Shown: in pieces, positions 8,748 to 19,493 of the stretch
How positions within the stretch are numbered: the first letter of the stretch is position 1
How the letters are laid out: every line of letters begins with the position of its first letter
Assembly: GCA_963697895.1 (NCBI GenBank)
Contig: OY969100.1
Location: 384,001 to 448,000, forward strand
Reading direction: 5' to 3'
Length of the DNA: 64,000 bases
From: an uncultured Methanomicrobiales archaeon
Lineage (GTDB): Archaea > Halobacteriota > Methanomicrobia > Methanomicrobiales > Methanospirillaceae
Made by a program: the position numbers and the translations under genes
The notes under the pieces: generated by a model
What the model was told of the DNA's origin: nothing
What the model saw: only the letters and a program-made list of their open reading frames with translations
The model's database searches: none

Positions 8748-10043
8748 ATGCGCAAAGCCTCCATCCTCCTCGAGAATGCCACGCTCCCCGACGGCAGGCG
8801 TGCTGATCTTTCTCTTGCCGGGGGAATCGTTTCCCACGTGGGTGCCCCCGTCCATGCAGAACGGGTTATTGACTGCTCCCGCTTTATCGTGATGCCTGCA
8901 GCGACCGATATGCACGTGCATATGCGTTCCGGTGTCCAGCGTGAGAAAGAAGACTGGGAGAGCGGAAGCAGGAGCGCCCTTGCGGGGGGAGTAACAGTGG
9001 TCGTCGATCAGCCGAATACTATTCCGCCACTTAATACACAGGAAGCAATAATAAGTCGGTTAGCCGATGCACGGTCCCATAGCTGGTGTCATTTTGCGGT
9101 GAATGGAGGTATTGGTCAGGGGGTGGACCTCCTTAAACTGTGGCAAAGCGGGGTAACGGCATTTGGGGAGATATTTATCGGCCCCTCCAGCTATGGGAGC
9201 GCTGTTCCGCATGAGATACTCTGCAAAGCCTTCGGAGATCTGAAGGAGCTCGGGGCTATGGCGACGATTCATGCCGAGGAAGTATGTTTCATCCGGGCCG
9301 GAACTCTGGAAGAGCACCATCGATCGCGTCCTCCGGCAGGGGAGGAACGGGCGGTCAAAGCGGTACAGGACGATAACCGGGTAAAAATTTCACTACATTT
9401 CTGCCACCTGAGCACCGCCGGGGCGGTTCAGGCGGCGGGAGATGCATCGGTCGAGGTAACACCCCACCATCTCTTCCTCGCGCTGGAACAATTTGACCCG
9501 AAGGACACACATGGGAAGGTAAACCCTCCGATCAGACCGGAAAAGGAGCGGCGACGTCTCTGGGAGTTATGGGATCGGATCGATGTGATCGCATCAGATC
9601 ATGCGCCGCATTCCTCTGATGACAAAACGGAATCTTTCGAAGATTCACCATCCGGTGTCCCCGGCGTGGAGACGATGATGCCACTTCTTATGGCCCAGGT
9701 CCTGAACAAACGCTGCTCGCGTGTTTCTGTAATAGAAAAGACCTGTTATCGTCCTTCCCAGCTTCTTGGTATCCCGGCCGCGGGGTTTACTCCTGGGTGC
9801 AGGGCCGATTTTGCTCTCTATCCCCGGCAATGCCGACGGATAGACCCCGATATGCTTCACAGCCGCGCGGGATGGACCCCATTCGCCGGGCATGCGGCCG
9901 CCTTTCCTGTCTTCGTGATCATGGGGGGTGATCTGGTATTCGAGGAGGGAGAGTTCCTTCCCGGGCAACCCCGGTGGTATCATGGAAAGGGATATATAAA
10001 TCACGAGGTGATGGATGATGGTGCCGACAAAGCGCATCCATAG
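8748..10043 (+). CDS. pyrC: Dihydroorotase (amidohydrolase family)
   Basis: DMHVHMR, GGVTVVVDQPNT, EVTPHHL, KVNPPIR, ASDHAPH, GWTPFAG. Confidence 0.88.
   Translation: MRKASILLENATLPDGRRADLSLAGGIVSHVGAPVHAERVIDCSRFIVMPAATDMHVHMRSGVQREKEDWESGSRSALAGGVTVVVDQPNTIPPLNTQEAIISRLADARSHSWCHFAVNGGIGQGVDLLKLWQSGVTAFGEIFIGPSSYGSAVPHEILCKAFGDLKELGAMATIHAEEVCFIRAGTLEEHHRSRPPAGEERAVKAVQDDNRVKISLHFCHLSTAGAVQAAGDASVEVTPHHLFLALEQFDPKDTHGKVNPPIRPEKERRRLWELWDRIDVIASDHAPHSSDDKTESFEDSPSGVPGVETMMPLLMAQVLNKRCSRVSVIEKTCYRPSQLLGIPAAGFTPGCRADFALYPRQCRRIDPDMLHSRAGWTPFAGHAAAFPVFVIMGGDLVFEEGEFLPGQPRWYHGKGYINHEVMDDGADKAHP
9984..10000 (+). promoter_or_regulatory. BRE/TATA promoter embedded in the pyrC 3' end, probably driving the downstream ncRNA
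   Basis: GGAAAGGG followed by ATATATAAA, about 20 nt upstream of the structured GGTGCC start at 10020. Confidence 0.6.
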
Positions 10044-10194
10044 GTCCCCGGGCGATCTCATGGCGATTGCCTTGAAATGAACCACGGGACAACCCGGTTG
10101 CGCGACAGGCACCGCCCGGCCGAGGGTTAAAAAACGGGTGAAGGACGGCAGCACGCCACTGATGATCCCTGTTTGTTAATGCCGGGCGACATCC
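10020..10194 (+). ncRNA. Two-hairpin H/ACA pseudouridylation guide RNA
   Basis: Hairpin 2: CGCCCGGC(10113-20)/GCCGGGCG(10181-88), pocket GAGGGTTA/GTTA, upper stem AAACGGG/CCTGTTT, K-turn-like TGA...TGATGA, ACA at 10189. Hairpin 1: GCGCA/TGCGC stem, ACA at 10105, apical CGA...ATGA K-loop-like motif, enclosed by GGTGCC/GGCACC. Confidence 0.75.
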
Positions 10195-10207
10195 TTCTTC
10201 CATTACC

Positions 10208-10540
10208 ATGAATCCGGATATATCCCCTGCAATTGCAATAGAAGAAAAGGGTGTCGTCGTCACGATAGAGGCCACTACCGGCTGCCGGGAAGATCAATTT
10301 CCCTCCGGATATAACAGCTGGAGAAAGTCTATCGGATGTCATACGACAGCACATCCTGCTGAAGGCAGAGCAAACCGGGCGATCGTTCGGCTGATATCAG
10401 AAGTCTGTTCGGTTTCCCGATCTCAAGTCCGGATCATATCGGGTACCACTTCTTCTCTCAAGCGAGTCCGCATTACCGGCAGATCAGCCGAAGAGATCTC
10501 CAAAATACTCACAGATCTGCTGAACGATCATACCGCTTAA
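10208..10540 (+). CDS. DUF167 / UPF0235 (YggU-like) protein
   Basis: GYNSWR, PAEGRAN, IISGTTSSLK motifs. Confidence 0.85.
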   Translation: MNPDISPAIAIEEKGVVVTIEATTGCREDQFPSGYNSWRKSIGCHTTAHPAEGRANRAIVRLISEVCSVSRSQVRIISGTTSSLKRVRITGRSAEEISKILTDLLNDHTA

Positions 10541-10722
10541 ATTTAACGTAGGAGGCACTTTCCTGAAAGGAATATATGGTACATAAATCATAAAATTTAT
10601 ACAATAAAATATAAATAAAAATATTTTTCCTGAACCAATAGTTTAAATAATACGCCATGCGATTATTCGTCACCTATGATCGCGTGTCATCATATTTGCA
10701 CGAAGCATGGGGGTGCATTTCA

Positions 10723-11991
10723 ATGTATTCACCAGATACCACCAAGTACCTTATTCATCTTCACCTCGAGGCCGAGGGGGTGGTCGAGAAACCCGATGTC
10801 ATAGGGGCTATTTTTGGCCAGACAGAAGGGTTACTCGGCGAAGACCTCGATCTGCGGGATCTGCAGCGGACTGGACGCGTGGGAAGAATCGACGTCCAGA
10901 TCAGCAGTAAAAAAGGGGAGACCAAGGGAGAAATACTCATCTCATCCTCACTTGATCGTGCGGAGACGGCAATCCTTGCAGCATCGCTGGAGACGATCGA
11001 CCGGGTCGGTCCCTGCGTCGCGCACGTCTCCGTGGATTCGATAGAAGATATTCGGGTAAACAAACGAAAGAAGATCATAAACCGGGCAAAGGAGCTGCTC
11101 CTCGATTCCTTCGAGGAGGGCACCATCGACTCCTATGAGCTCCTCGATGAAGTCAGGGAGAGCATCCGGATCGAGAAGATCAGTACCATCGGTGATGATA
11201 AAGTTCCCGCGGGGCCGAACGTACTCGAATCTGACGCGATCATCGTCGTGGAAGGCCGGGCCGATGTGATAAATCTTCTCAAATTCGGCATAAAAAACGC
11301 AGTAGCTGTTGAGGGAACCCACATCTCCCGAACCATCATCGATCTCTGCGAAAAAAAGACCGCGACCGCATTCCTTGACGGGGACCGGGGGGGAGAGCTT
11401 ATACTTCGCGAACTTCTTCAGGTGGCTGATATCGATTATGTCGCGTATTCTCCCCGGGGGAAGAGTGTCGAGGACATGACCAGAAAGGAGATCATCAAGG
11501 CACTCAGAAATAAAATACCGGTAGAGTATGTAAAAGAGCAGTATCTTGAGGAGTCACCCGGCGAAGAGCCGCCAAAAGAGCAAAAACCGGGAAAGACGCC
11601 AGTCTCCCGGTCTCCGCAGGAAGCAGCAGAATTGCCAGTCGAACAGATGGATAAAAAATTCAAGCCGAAATTCCCCATTCGACGGGCAAAGGAGCCAGCC
11701 CATAAGGCAGCACCGGTAACCCTGAAAGACCACTTGGATGCGGTCAAGGGTCATCATATCGCACGTTTTCTTTCATCCGATCTGGTAATCATCAGAGAGA
11801 TAAAAACGGAAGATCTGGATCGAGTACTTGACGAGCTGAACGGAGATGTCGCAGGGGTGGTCACCGATGATGCGGTAACTCAGAAACTGCTGGACCATAT
11901 GGTGGGCAAGGGGCTCGAGTACGTCGCGGCACGTGAATTCAAGGGTATAATCAAGCGCCCGCTCACGATCAGACTGATGAAGATCGCGTGA
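10723..11991 (+). CDS. dnaG: Archaeal DnaG-type primase / exosome-associated protein
   Basis: TKYLI...[21 protein letters not shown]; [14 protein letters not shown] and DGDRGG; likely start MYSPDTTKY at 10723. Confidence 0.95.
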   Translation: MYSPDTTKYLIHLHLEAEGVVEKPDVIGAIFGQTEGLLGEDLDLRDLQRTGRVGRIDVQISSKKGETKGEILISSSLDRAETAILAASLETIDRVGPCVAHVSVDSIEDIRVNKRKKIINRAKELLLDSFEEGTIDSYELLDEVRESIRIEKISTIGDDKVPAGPNVLESDAIIVVEGRADVINLLKFGIKNAVAVEGTHISRTIIDLCEKKTATAFLDGDRGGELILRELLQVADIDYVAYSPRGKSVEDMTRKEIIKALRNKIPVEYVKEQYLEESPGEEPPKEQKPGKTPVSRSPQEAAELPVEQMDKKFKPKFPIRRAKEPAHKAAPVTLKDHLDAVKGHHIARFLSSDLVIIREIKTEDLDRVLDELNGDVAGVVTDDAVTQKLLDHMVGKGLEYVAAREFKGIIKRPLTIRLMKIA

Positions 11992-12062
11992 AAACTCCTG
12001 GACTTCCGCTCGTGGGAACCTATTTATTTTTTTATGACCTTCTTCGTACAGGAAGTGAGCCC

Positions 12063-12347
12063 ATGCACAAGGAAGAACTTATCACACTTCACCAGATGCT
12101 ATTCGACATCAAGGACTATTTTGAATCCATTAATCCAGATTTGAAATTTTCAAACTATTATTCCCTGAAAATTAACCCCACGCAATTGCACAAGAGTAAG
12201 ATGGAGCATAAATATGCGATATTCGTGTTGGGTAACGAGCTTGCAAACGCAATGAAGGAGGTTGAATTTTCCGCGTCAGGACGGATATCTGCACGGATGA
12301 AGGAACTGGCGGATAAGACCCTCAAAGAAATTGAATGCGTTCAATAA
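12063..12347 (+). CDS. UPF0058 family protein
   Basis: MHKEELITLH...PTQLHKSKMEHKYAIFVL. Confidence 0.88.
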   Translation: MHKEELITLHQMLFDIKDYFESINPDLKFSNYYSLKINPTQLHKSKMEHKYAIFVLGNELANAMKEVEFSASGRISARMKELADKTLKEIECVQ

Positions 12348-12417
12348 AGCAGTTACCCCGAATCTTTTTTTAAAAATCAATAATTCCATTTTATTCTCTC
12401 GTCACCGTGTTCACCAT

Positions 12418-13212
12418 CTAACTGGTGAACTCACGTTCTTTTTCTATGAGGTATTCCGCCAGGAGAATAGGTATCGGGGCTGCCATGCAGTGCCAATTGG
12501 GCGTTCCGTTCACCTCGAGCACGGTGTAGGCGTCGTCCTGCATGAGGAGATCCACGCCGCCGTAATCAACCCCGACCGCCTTTGCCGCGGCCTGTGAGAT
12601 CTCCTGCATGGAGTTATCGATATGACACGGGCAACCGACTCCACCCTGATGGATGTTGTGTGCAAGTGAATCTGAGGTCCTGCTGATCGCACCGACTGCT
12701 TCTCCATCGATAACAAAAACCCGAAAATCCCGGTCATTCTGGATATATTCCTGGAGATAATAGGGAGGAGGGCCCAATTCCCTTGATGAACGAACCAGGC
12801 GGATGTCTTTTCCGTCGTACCCATAGACTGGTTTTGAGACAACCGCTCCCCATTGATCGATGAATGCCTCGGCTCTGTCACGTGACGCCGAAAACAGGGT
12901 TTCCGGGGAAGGAACCCCCGATTTAAAGAGGATGGCGCTGGTTTTCACCTTGCTGGCACAGGCAAGAATCGCGTCGGGGGTATTGATCAGGCGGTTTTCG
13001 GCCTCAAGAGCATTCAACACCTCGAACTGATGTGTATCCTGGCGCAATCCGCATATCCAGATGACGCACCCCCGGGGTCCATCCGAAAAGGGATCGATAG
13101 TGTCGAGATTGAGCAACTGGTGAGAGGATCCCGCCCGTTCCAACTCCCTGATGACCATTGCCGTTGAGTTATCGATGGAAGAGTCGGTCGGTTTTGGTAC
13201 GATATGGATCAT
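12418..13212 (-). CDS. RimK-family ATP-grasp alpha-L-glutamate ligase
   Basis: KPVYGYDG, YLQEYI, DFRVFVI, NIHQGG, GVDLL, LEVNGTP; substrate (pterin, F420 or protein) not resolvable; start could be 13248. Confidence 0.85.
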   Translation of the reverse strand: MIHIVPKPTDSSIDNSTAMVIRELERAGSSHQLLNLDTIDPFSDGPRGCVIWICGLRQDTHQFEVLNALEAENRLINTPDAILACASKVKTSAILFKSGVPSPETLFSASRDRAEAFIDQWGAVVSKPVYGYDGKDIRLVRSSRELGPPPYYLQEYIQNDRDFRVFVIDGEAVGAISRTSDSLAHNIHQGGVGCPCHIDNSMQEISQAAAKAVGVDYGGVDLLMQDDAYTVLEVNGTPNWHCMAAPIPILLAEYLIEKEREFTS

Positions 13213-13341
13213 CGTTAGTGATTCCTTGTACAAGAACTGGGGTGGCATAAGATAAGAATCGAATCATCTTGATCAAACCTGATTTAAGCGGGTGATTGAT
13301 CGAACTCAACCGTTTTATTCTCATCTTACCAGACCGTATGT

Positions 13342-13578
13342 ATGGCGGTTATCGAAGAGAAAGACACCGTAATGATGATTAAAGACTGTGCATACTGTAA
13401 AGGGGAAGGTCGCATCGGTGTGATCAACTGTCCTTCCTGTGATGGCAGGGGGCAGGTACTTGTCCGGAGTCCGCCGACCCGGTGTGCAATTTGCAGCGGG
13501 TTTGGTGTTGCCGGGTGCTGTCGATGCAGCGCGTGCGAAGGAACCGGTTGGTCGGGGGCAATGAAGCGGGAAACCTAG
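13342..13578 (+). CDS. Stand-alone DnaJ-type zinc-finger protein (4x CxxCxGxG)
   Basis: CAYCKGEG, CPSCDGRG, CAICSGFG, CSACEGTG in 78 aa; no J-domain. Confidence 0.8.
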   Translation: MAVIEEKDTVMMIKDCAYCKGEGRIGVINCPSCDGRGQVLVRSPPTRCAICSGFGVAGCCRCSACEGTGWSGAMKRET

Positions 13579-13673
13579 TGCAGTTTTTTTCCGTTCTTCT
13601 GCTTACATGGATACTGTCTCTTTGTCCATTAATGTAAATCAGCTTGAAGATGTTTCTCACCGATCTGTAGTCC

Positions 13674-14609
13674 ATGAAGTATTATGCCGAACCCGACCTG
13701 GGTCTCGATATAGTGATGATAAACCAGGCAATCGAAGATGTATTTGCCGAGCATGGACGAGGCAGGGTTCAGATGCCCCCCAAGGTATACATCACCTTCG
13801 ATACCGGGGATTTCCGGACGATGCCAGCGTATGTACCGGCCCTGAATATCGCCGGGGTAAAGATCGTCAATGTGCATCCCGGGAATCCTGGCACGGGTCT
13901 CCCGACCGTCATGGCATTGACAATCATCATTAATGCACAGACCGGGATCCCGGAAGGGGTCCTAAATGCAACCCGGCTGACAGACATGAGGACCGGTGCG
14001 GCGGGAGCAGTTGCCTGTAAATATCTTGCGCCGAAAAAGTCGATAGTCCTCGGTCTGATCGGCAGCGGCCGTCAGGCTCAGGCCCAGTTCGAGGCAATCT
14101 CACAGGTCCTTCAGATCGAAGAGATCCGGATCTGGAGCAGAAACGAAAAGAATGCGGCGGCATTTCGCACCAGGTATCCGGGTTATGACTGCAGAAGTGT
14201 GCCGATCGAAAAGGCATGTGATGCGGATGTCGTTGTTACCACCACTCCCTCGCGTTCTCCGGTCGTGATGGATGCATGGATCCACGAAGGCACGCATATC
14301 AACGCAATCGGAGCGGATGCCAGAGGGAAGCAGGAACTCGACCCGGCAATTTTGAGGCGTGCAACGGTGTTTGTTGATGAACCGGCCCAGGCGATCCATT
14401 CCGGAGAGATCAACGTCCCGATCGCGCAGGGTCTTTTCACCCTGGGACAGATTGCTGGTACCCTTGGAGAAGTGGTGCTGGGGGTAAAAAGTCGGGAAAA
14501 TGCGAAACAGATCACGATATTTGACTCAACAGGGTTGGCGATACAGGATCTGGCAATCGCGAAGATCGCCTTGAAAAGTGCCCGTGGGATCGAATTACCA
14601 TTCCCATGA
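13674..14609 (+). CDS. ala: Archaeal alanine dehydrogenase (ornithine cyclodeaminase/mu-crystallin family)
   Basis: MPPKVY, GDFRTMPAY, KIVNVHPGN, RTGAAG, GSGRQA, INAIGAD, FDSTGLAIQD. Confidence 0.85.
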   Translation: MKYYAEPDLGLDIVMINQAIEDVFAEHGRGRVQMPPKVYITFDTGDFRTMPAYVPALNIAGVKIVNVHPGNPGTGLPTVMALTIIINAQTGIPEGVLNATRLTDMRTGAAGAVACKYLAPKKSIVLGLIGSGRQAQAQFEAISQVLQIEEIRIWSRNEKNAAAFRTRYPGYDCRSVPIEKACDADVVVTTTPSRSPVVMDAWIHEGTHINAIGADARGKQELDPAILRRATVFVDEPAQAIHSGEINVPIAQGLFTLGQIAGTLGEVVLGVKSRENAKQITIFDSTGLAIQDLAIAKIALKSARGIELPFP

Positions 14610-14637
14610 CCACGTCGTTATCAAACAGGAGAACAGA

Positions 14638-16101
14638 TTATTCGTTCGTTTTCGCGTGTTTCTTCCATACCTGCTCCCGGTAGACGGGTCCGCTGTTGTA
14701 TGTACAGAAGGGGATGAGAAGGCCGTCGGGGGTCGCATAGTGGATACAACACCTCTGGACTCTCCCGATATCATAGTTGTATTTGTCCATGAAATGCATA
14801 GTACCGATAAAGAGGGCATTCCAGTGAAATTCCCTAAGGGCATCAAAATTCTGGAGGACAAGTGCCTTTGCAATGAGTTTCCAGAATTCTGTCGTACTTC
14901 CCTGCTCGCTATTCTTTACCGCGGAGTGCATATCTTTTATTCCCTGTAGGAGCGATGCATATTTATTGACGGATCCTCCTTTCTTCAGTTTTTCGGCCAT
15001 TTTTTCCATGGACCCGAAGAATGAATCAACATCAACCATCCGGTTGACCGGCACCAGACCGTTTTCCGTGACAAAAACATAGGTGGCGGCCCCGCAGTGC
15101 TGGTGGGTGGTAAACCGGATCTGTGGGCGCCCGGTGTATGCCTGAACCAGGTCAGAGAATGGTACTACACAGGGAACCGGGTAGAAATCATCCTTCTTTA
15201 TAACCCCATTCGTCTGCTCTTCTATATTCTCGACAAGTTCGGGGATGGTGATCCGTTCCCTTCGCACATCATCCTCGCTTGCCGCCCCCGTGAACGAGAT
15301 AGGCTGAAAATTGACGCCCCGAATAACGGCGATGTTATCGGCGGCATATTGAATGATTGCTCCTACTTCATCGTCATTTCGTCCACGGATGACTGTCGGA
15401 ACAAGGACCATCCCTAGGCCAACAGTTTTACAATTCTCAACGACCTTATGATTTAACCTCAATTGAGGGTTTGTTCTGGTCGATACACCGTCAAAATGAA
15501 GGTATATGGTCGAAAGTCCCGCCTCTTTCAGTTTTCGAACATATCTGATGTCCCGTGCCAGCTTGATACCGTTGGTGGCCAACTGAACCTGAGGAAATCC
15601 CATTGCTTTTGCTGTTCTGATTATCTCCGGAAGATCATCCCGCATCGTGGGTTCTCCTCCGGAGAATTGCACTGCAGGTGCAGGCACCGGTCTTTCATCC
15701 CGGAGCACCTGGAGCATCATGACGACCTGGTCAAACGTTGGTTCATATACAAATCCGCAGGCACGCGCATTTGCAAAACAGAAATCACAATTGAGATTGC
15801 ACCGGTTTGTCAGGTCGATATTTGCAAGCAGCGTTGCGGATCGATGGTTATTGCAGAGACCACAGTTCGAGGGGCAACTATCAGCGTTGCCGTTCGTGTT
15901 CGGATTTTCCACCCCTGTCCCAATGTTCTCATATTCATCGAACCGCCGGTACATCACCGGATCCGACCAGTAAATATCGCGGAATGATCCATGCTCGCGG
16001 CATACCCGTCTCAGCCAAACCTTTCCCTCCTCTTCGACAATATCTGCTTCAAGCACGGTTTTGCAGACAGGGCACAGACTCTTTGTTTTTCTCATTAACA
16101 T
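14638..16101 (-). CDS. tes: Radical SAM tetraether lipid synthase (Tes / GDGT-MAS)
   Basis: N-terminal CPVC...CREHG, CPSNCGLC..H, CNLNCDFC, FSGGEPT, HQHCG, CCIHYATPDG..IPFC. Confidence 0.88.
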   Translation of the reverse strand: MLMRKTKSLCPVCKTVLEADIVEEEGKVWLRRVCREHGSFRDIYWSDPVMYRRFDEYENIGTGVENPNTNGNADSCPSNCGLCNNHRSATLLANIDLTNRCNLNCDFCFANARACGFVYEPTFDQVVMMLQVLRDERPVPAPAVQFSGGEPTMRDDLPEIIRTAKAMGFPQVQLATNGIKLARDIRYVRKLKEAGLSTIYLHFDGVSTRTNPQLRLNHKVVENCKTVGLGMVLVPTVIRGRNDDEVGAIIQYAADNIAVIRGVNFQPISFTGAASEDDVRRERITIPELVENIEEQTNGVIKKDDFYPVPCVVPFSDLVQAYTGRPQIRFTTHQHCGAATYVFVTENGLVPVNRMVDVDSFFGSMEKMAEKLKKGGSVNKYASLLQGIKDMHSAVKNSEQGSTTEFWKLIAKALVLQNFDALREFHWNALFIGTMHFMDKYNYDIGRVQRCCIHYATPDGLLIPFCTYNSGPVYREQVWKKHAKTNE

Positions 16102-16167
16102 GTTTATTCCACCAGTGCCGTTCGAGGACTGAAAGATTGGTTATCATTATTGAATTGAGATACTTTA

Positions 16168-16758
16168 ATGTTTATATCTGCTCTTTATTACAGATATTGG
16201 AGTGCTATTATTAGTATTGATTCATTCTTAATAGCATTGGCGGCGGCATTCTGGATCATGCTTCCTGCTTATATTCCCAACTCTGCTGCAGCACTATTCG
16301 GTGGAGGAACGCCCATCGACGGGGGTCGCACCTCCACCGATGGCAGGAGAATTTTCGGGGATGGAAAGACATGGCGGGGTTTTATCCTCGGAGTGACAAC
16401 GGGTGTCGTTGTTGGAGTCATACAGATCTGGATCCGGGACGTTACCGGGTGGACATTTCTCCCCGCCCTGACCCTGCTGTCGGTTATCCTTCTTGCGACA
16501 GGGGCGCTTCTCGGGGATCTGGTGAAGAGCTACTTCAAACGAAGACTCGGCAAAGAACGGGGAGAGCCATGGATAATTGCCGACCAGTATGATCTGGTTG
16601 CCGGAGCATTTACTCTCGTCCTTATCTTTGACTACCCATGGCTGGCCAGCGTGATGACCCTCCCCATCTTTCTGATAATCATTATTATCACCCCGATTCT
16701 CCATAAGTCGGTAAATGTGATCGGATACCTCATCCGGGTAAAGGAGGTGCCATGGTGA
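16168..16758 (+). CDS. carS: CDP-archaeol synthase
   Basis: PAYIPN, GGGTPID, GDGKTWRG, GDLVKSYFKRR, DQYD, KEVPW; true start uncertain (16168, 16258 or non-AUG). Confidence 0.9.
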   Translation: MFISALYYRYWSAIISIDSFLIALAAAFWIMLPAYIPNSAAALFGGGTPIDGGRTSTDGRRIFGDGKTWRGFILGVTTGVVVGVIQIWIRDVTGWTFLPALTLLSVILLATGALLGDLVKSYFKRRLGKERGEPWIIADQYDLVAGAFTLVLIFDYPWLASVMTLPIFLIIIIITPILHKSVNVIGYLIRVKEVPW

Positions 16759-17264
16759 AAGATATTCCCGCCCTTTTGCGGGCAGCCGGAGCCGTTGAAT
16801 ACGGCTCCTTCGTGCTCGCATCGGGTGCGAAGAGTGATTATTACCTTGATATAAAAACAGCGGTGACGGATCCGGTTCTTCTCCGAAAGATCGGGGAAGA
16901 AATTGCACGAAAGGCGATCTTTGATACCGTGGCCGGTATAGCAGTCGGGGGGATAGCGATCGCAGTGGCTACATCGTTTGCGAGCGACAAACCGTATGCG
17001 ATCATCCGGAGTTCCGACAAGACCCACGGGAAGTCGGGCAGGCTCATTGGAAGGGTTGAAGGGAGACGGGTGCTTCTTGTTGAAGACGTCACGACCTCCG
17101 GGGGATCAGCCCTTTACGGAATCGAAGTACTCCGGTCATGTGGAGCGATAGTCGATACGGTCGTAACGGTGGTCGATCGGCAGGCTGGAGCATTTGAAAG
17201 ACTGGGTGCTGCAGGGATCAGGTTGGTCTCCCTTGCAACCACCGAGCAGATCCTCAAGCGATAA
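16752..17264 (+). CDS. pyrE: Orotate phosphoribosyltransferase
   Basis: [27 protein letters not shown]. Confidence 0.93.
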   Translation: MVKDIPALLRAAGAVEYGSFVLASGAKSDYYLDIKTAVTDPVLLRKIGEEIARKAIFDTVAGIAVGGIAIAVATSFASDKPYAIIRSSDKTHGKSGRLIGRVEGRRVLLVEDVTTSGGSALYGIEVLRSCGAIVDTVVTVVDRQAGAFERLGAAGIRLVSLATTEQILKR

Positions 17265-17292
17265 ACATCTTTTTTTAGGAGTTGTTCAAATA

Positions 17293-18585
17293 ATGACTAT
17301 GAAGATTCTCGTTGTGGGAGGGGGCGGCAGAGAGCATGCCATTGCCCGGGCATTGTCCCGCAACATGGAGACCCGTATATTTTCGGTGATGGCCAGGAGT
17401 AACCCCGGGATCTCAAGGTTATCGGAGAAGATCCTCATCCACCAGGAGACCGATATCCCCGAAATCATCGCATTTGCGCAGAAATGCGAGGTGGACTATG
17501 CTTTTATCGGGCCCGAATCTCCTCTGGAGGCAGGGATCGTCGATGGCCTCGAAGAAGTCGGAGTGGGCTGCGTGGGACCTACCCGATCAGCGGCACGGCT
17601 GGAGACTGATAAGGGGTTCTGCCGGACGATGATGGAGCAGCATGGAATTGCCGGTTGCCCACGCTACCGGGTTTTCCATAATGCCAATGATGCGGTTGAA
17701 TTCATGCGGGAGTTTGGCGGGGACCTCGCGATCAAGCCGATTGGCCTGACCGGAGGGAAGGGCGTGCGGATCATGGGTGAACATCTCGATCAGGCGGGAG
17801 CGATCGCTTATGTGAACGAGCTTGACGGGAATGTGGTCATGGAAGAGCGTCTGATCGGAGAAGAGTTCACAATCCAGGCATTTGTGGACGGGACGCACCT
17901 GGTGACAATGCCGGTCGTTCAGGACCATAAAAGAGCAAATGAAGGAGATAAAGGGTCGAATACCGGAGGGATGGGTTCGTATAGCATGCCGGATCACTCG
18001 CTCCCCTTTATAACAGATCAGGATCTGAAAAAGGCTAAGGGGATAATGGAGGACGCGGTTGCGACTATGGGAAGAATCGGTCAGCCCTACCGGGGGATCC
18101 TCTATGGGCAGTTCATGAATACCCGGAACGGACCGATGGTAATCGAATTCAACGCCCGCTTCGGAGACCCGGAGGCGATGAATGTCCTTTCCATCCTGGT
18201 GAGTGATCTCTCGGAGATTGTCCCCCGGTTGATTGAAGGTTCCCTTTCAGCATCCCGCGTAACCTTTGAAAAGAAGGCAACTGTCTGCAAGTATATTGTA
18301 CCCGAAGGATACCCCGAGGCACCGGTCAGAGGGAGTCCGATCGCGATCGGCAACTACGAAAACGCCTTGCTATACTACGCGAATGTGGCAGAAGAGGAAG
18401 GCACGCTTGTCACTCAGAAATCACGGACTCTTGCCTTCGTCGGCGTCGCGGATCGGCTCAGTGAGGCAGAGGAGATTGCAGAACGCGCAGTTTCTTCCGT
18501 CAGCGGAAGGGTTTGGCACCGCCGGGATATCGGTACCGAAGAGCTCCTGCAAAAACGCATAACCCATATGAAGGAGCTGCAATGA
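17293..18585 (+). CDS. purD: Phosphoribosylamine--glycine ligase
   Basis: [34 protein letters not shown]. Confidence 0.96.
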   Translation: MTMKILVVGGGGREHAIARALSRNMETRIFSVMARSNPGISRLSEKILIHQETDIPEIIAFAQKCEVDYAFIGPESPLEAGIVDGLEEVGVGCVGPTRSAARLETDKGFCRTMMEQHGIAGCPRYRVFHNANDAVEFMREFGGDLAIKPIGLTGGKGVRIMGEHLDQAGAIAYVNELDGNVVMEERLIGEEFTIQAFVDGTHLVTMPVVQDHKRANEGDKGSNTGGMGSYSMPDHSLPFITDQDLKKAKGIMEDAVATMGRIGQPYRGILYGQFMNTRNGPMVIEFNARFGDPEAMNVLSILVSDLSEIVPRLIEGSLSASRVTFEKKATVCKYIVPEGYPEAPVRGSPIAIGNYENALLYYANVAEEEGTLVTQKSRTLAFVGVADRLSEAEEIAERAVSSVSGRVWHRRDIGTEELLQKRITHMKELQ

Positions 18586-19493
18586 AAAAAGATCTGATCT
18601 CTATCCTCGACCTGGACCGGACGGAACTCTTTGCCCTGCTTGAGGAGGCAAACCGGCTTAAAAATCACCGGATGGCGGGAAGACCGCATAATACCATTAA
18701 AGGGAAGAATCTTGCAATGATCTTCGAAAAGCCGTCTACCCGGACGCGGATATCCTTCGAGGTCGGGATGTACGAGCTCGGCGGTCACGCACTCTTCCTG
18801 AATGCACAGGATATGCAGATCGGCCGGGGGGAGGAGATACGGGACACGGCAAGGGTCCTTTCCCGGTATGTCTCGGCGGTCATGATCCGTGCGTACCATC
18901 ATGAGAACGTCGAGGAATTCGCACGTCATGCGACTATCCCCGTCATCAACGGGCTCTCTGACCGGGAGCACCCCTGCCAGATCCTTGCGGACGTTATGAC
19001 TATCCAGGAACGGTTCGGTAAAACCGACGGCCTCCGGGTGGCCTGGGTCGGTGACGGAAACAATGTCTGTAATTCGCTCGTGCTCTCGTCCACCCTTACC
19101 GGAATGGAGATTATCGTCGCGAGCCCGCCGGGTTACCATCCAAAGAAGGAGGTTGTTGAACGGGCCCGTAAGGCGGGAGGAAAGGTAACGCTGGTTACCA
19201 GACCTGAGGATGCCGTGCGGGATGCCCACGTTATCGAAACGGACTCCTGGGTTTCCATGGGGGACGAATCGCAGCGCGAGGCACGCCTGAAGGCATTCCA
19301 GGGATACACGCTCACGCCGGAACTCATAAACCTTGCCGATCCGGGCGCAAAAGTGATGCATTGCCTGCCGGCACATCGCGGGGAGGAGATCACGGACGAA
19401 GTGATCGAAGGTCCCCAGAGTGTTATCTGGGATGAGGCGGAGAACCGGCTCCACACGGAAAAAGCGTTACTGGTGCGATTGCTGGGAGGATAG
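18582..19493 (+). CDS. argF: Ornithine carbamoyltransferase
   Basis: [27 protein letters not shown]; ATGA overlap with purD. Confidence 0.96.
   Translation: MKKDLISILDLDRTELFALLEEANRLKNHRMAGRPHNTIKGKNLAMIFEKPSTRTRISFEVGMYELGGHALFLNAQDMQIGRGEEIRDTARVLSRYVSAVMIRAYHHENVEEFARHATIPVINGLSDREHPCQILADVMTIQERFGKTDGLRVAWVGDGNNVCNSLVLSSTLTGMEIIVASPPGYHPKKEVVERARKAGGKVTLVTRPEDAVRDAHVIETDSWVSMGDESQREARLKAFQGYTLTPELINLADPGAKVMHCLPAHRGEEITDEVIEGPQSVIWDEAENRLHTEKALLVRLLGG

Noticed and set aside
8311-8748. tRNA-Leu as an integration site for a mobile element
   Set aside because: No integrase nearby and no repeat of the tRNA 3' end was seen.
10028-10046. Interrupted complementarity to the 23S 2060-2075 region (C/D guide?)
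   Set aside because: Match is gapped and no properly placed D box was found.
10020-10194. Riboswitch, SRP RNA or RNase P RNA
   Set aside because: Lacks their conserved motifs and size; ACA boxes, K-turn-like motifs and rRNA complementarity fit H/ACA better.
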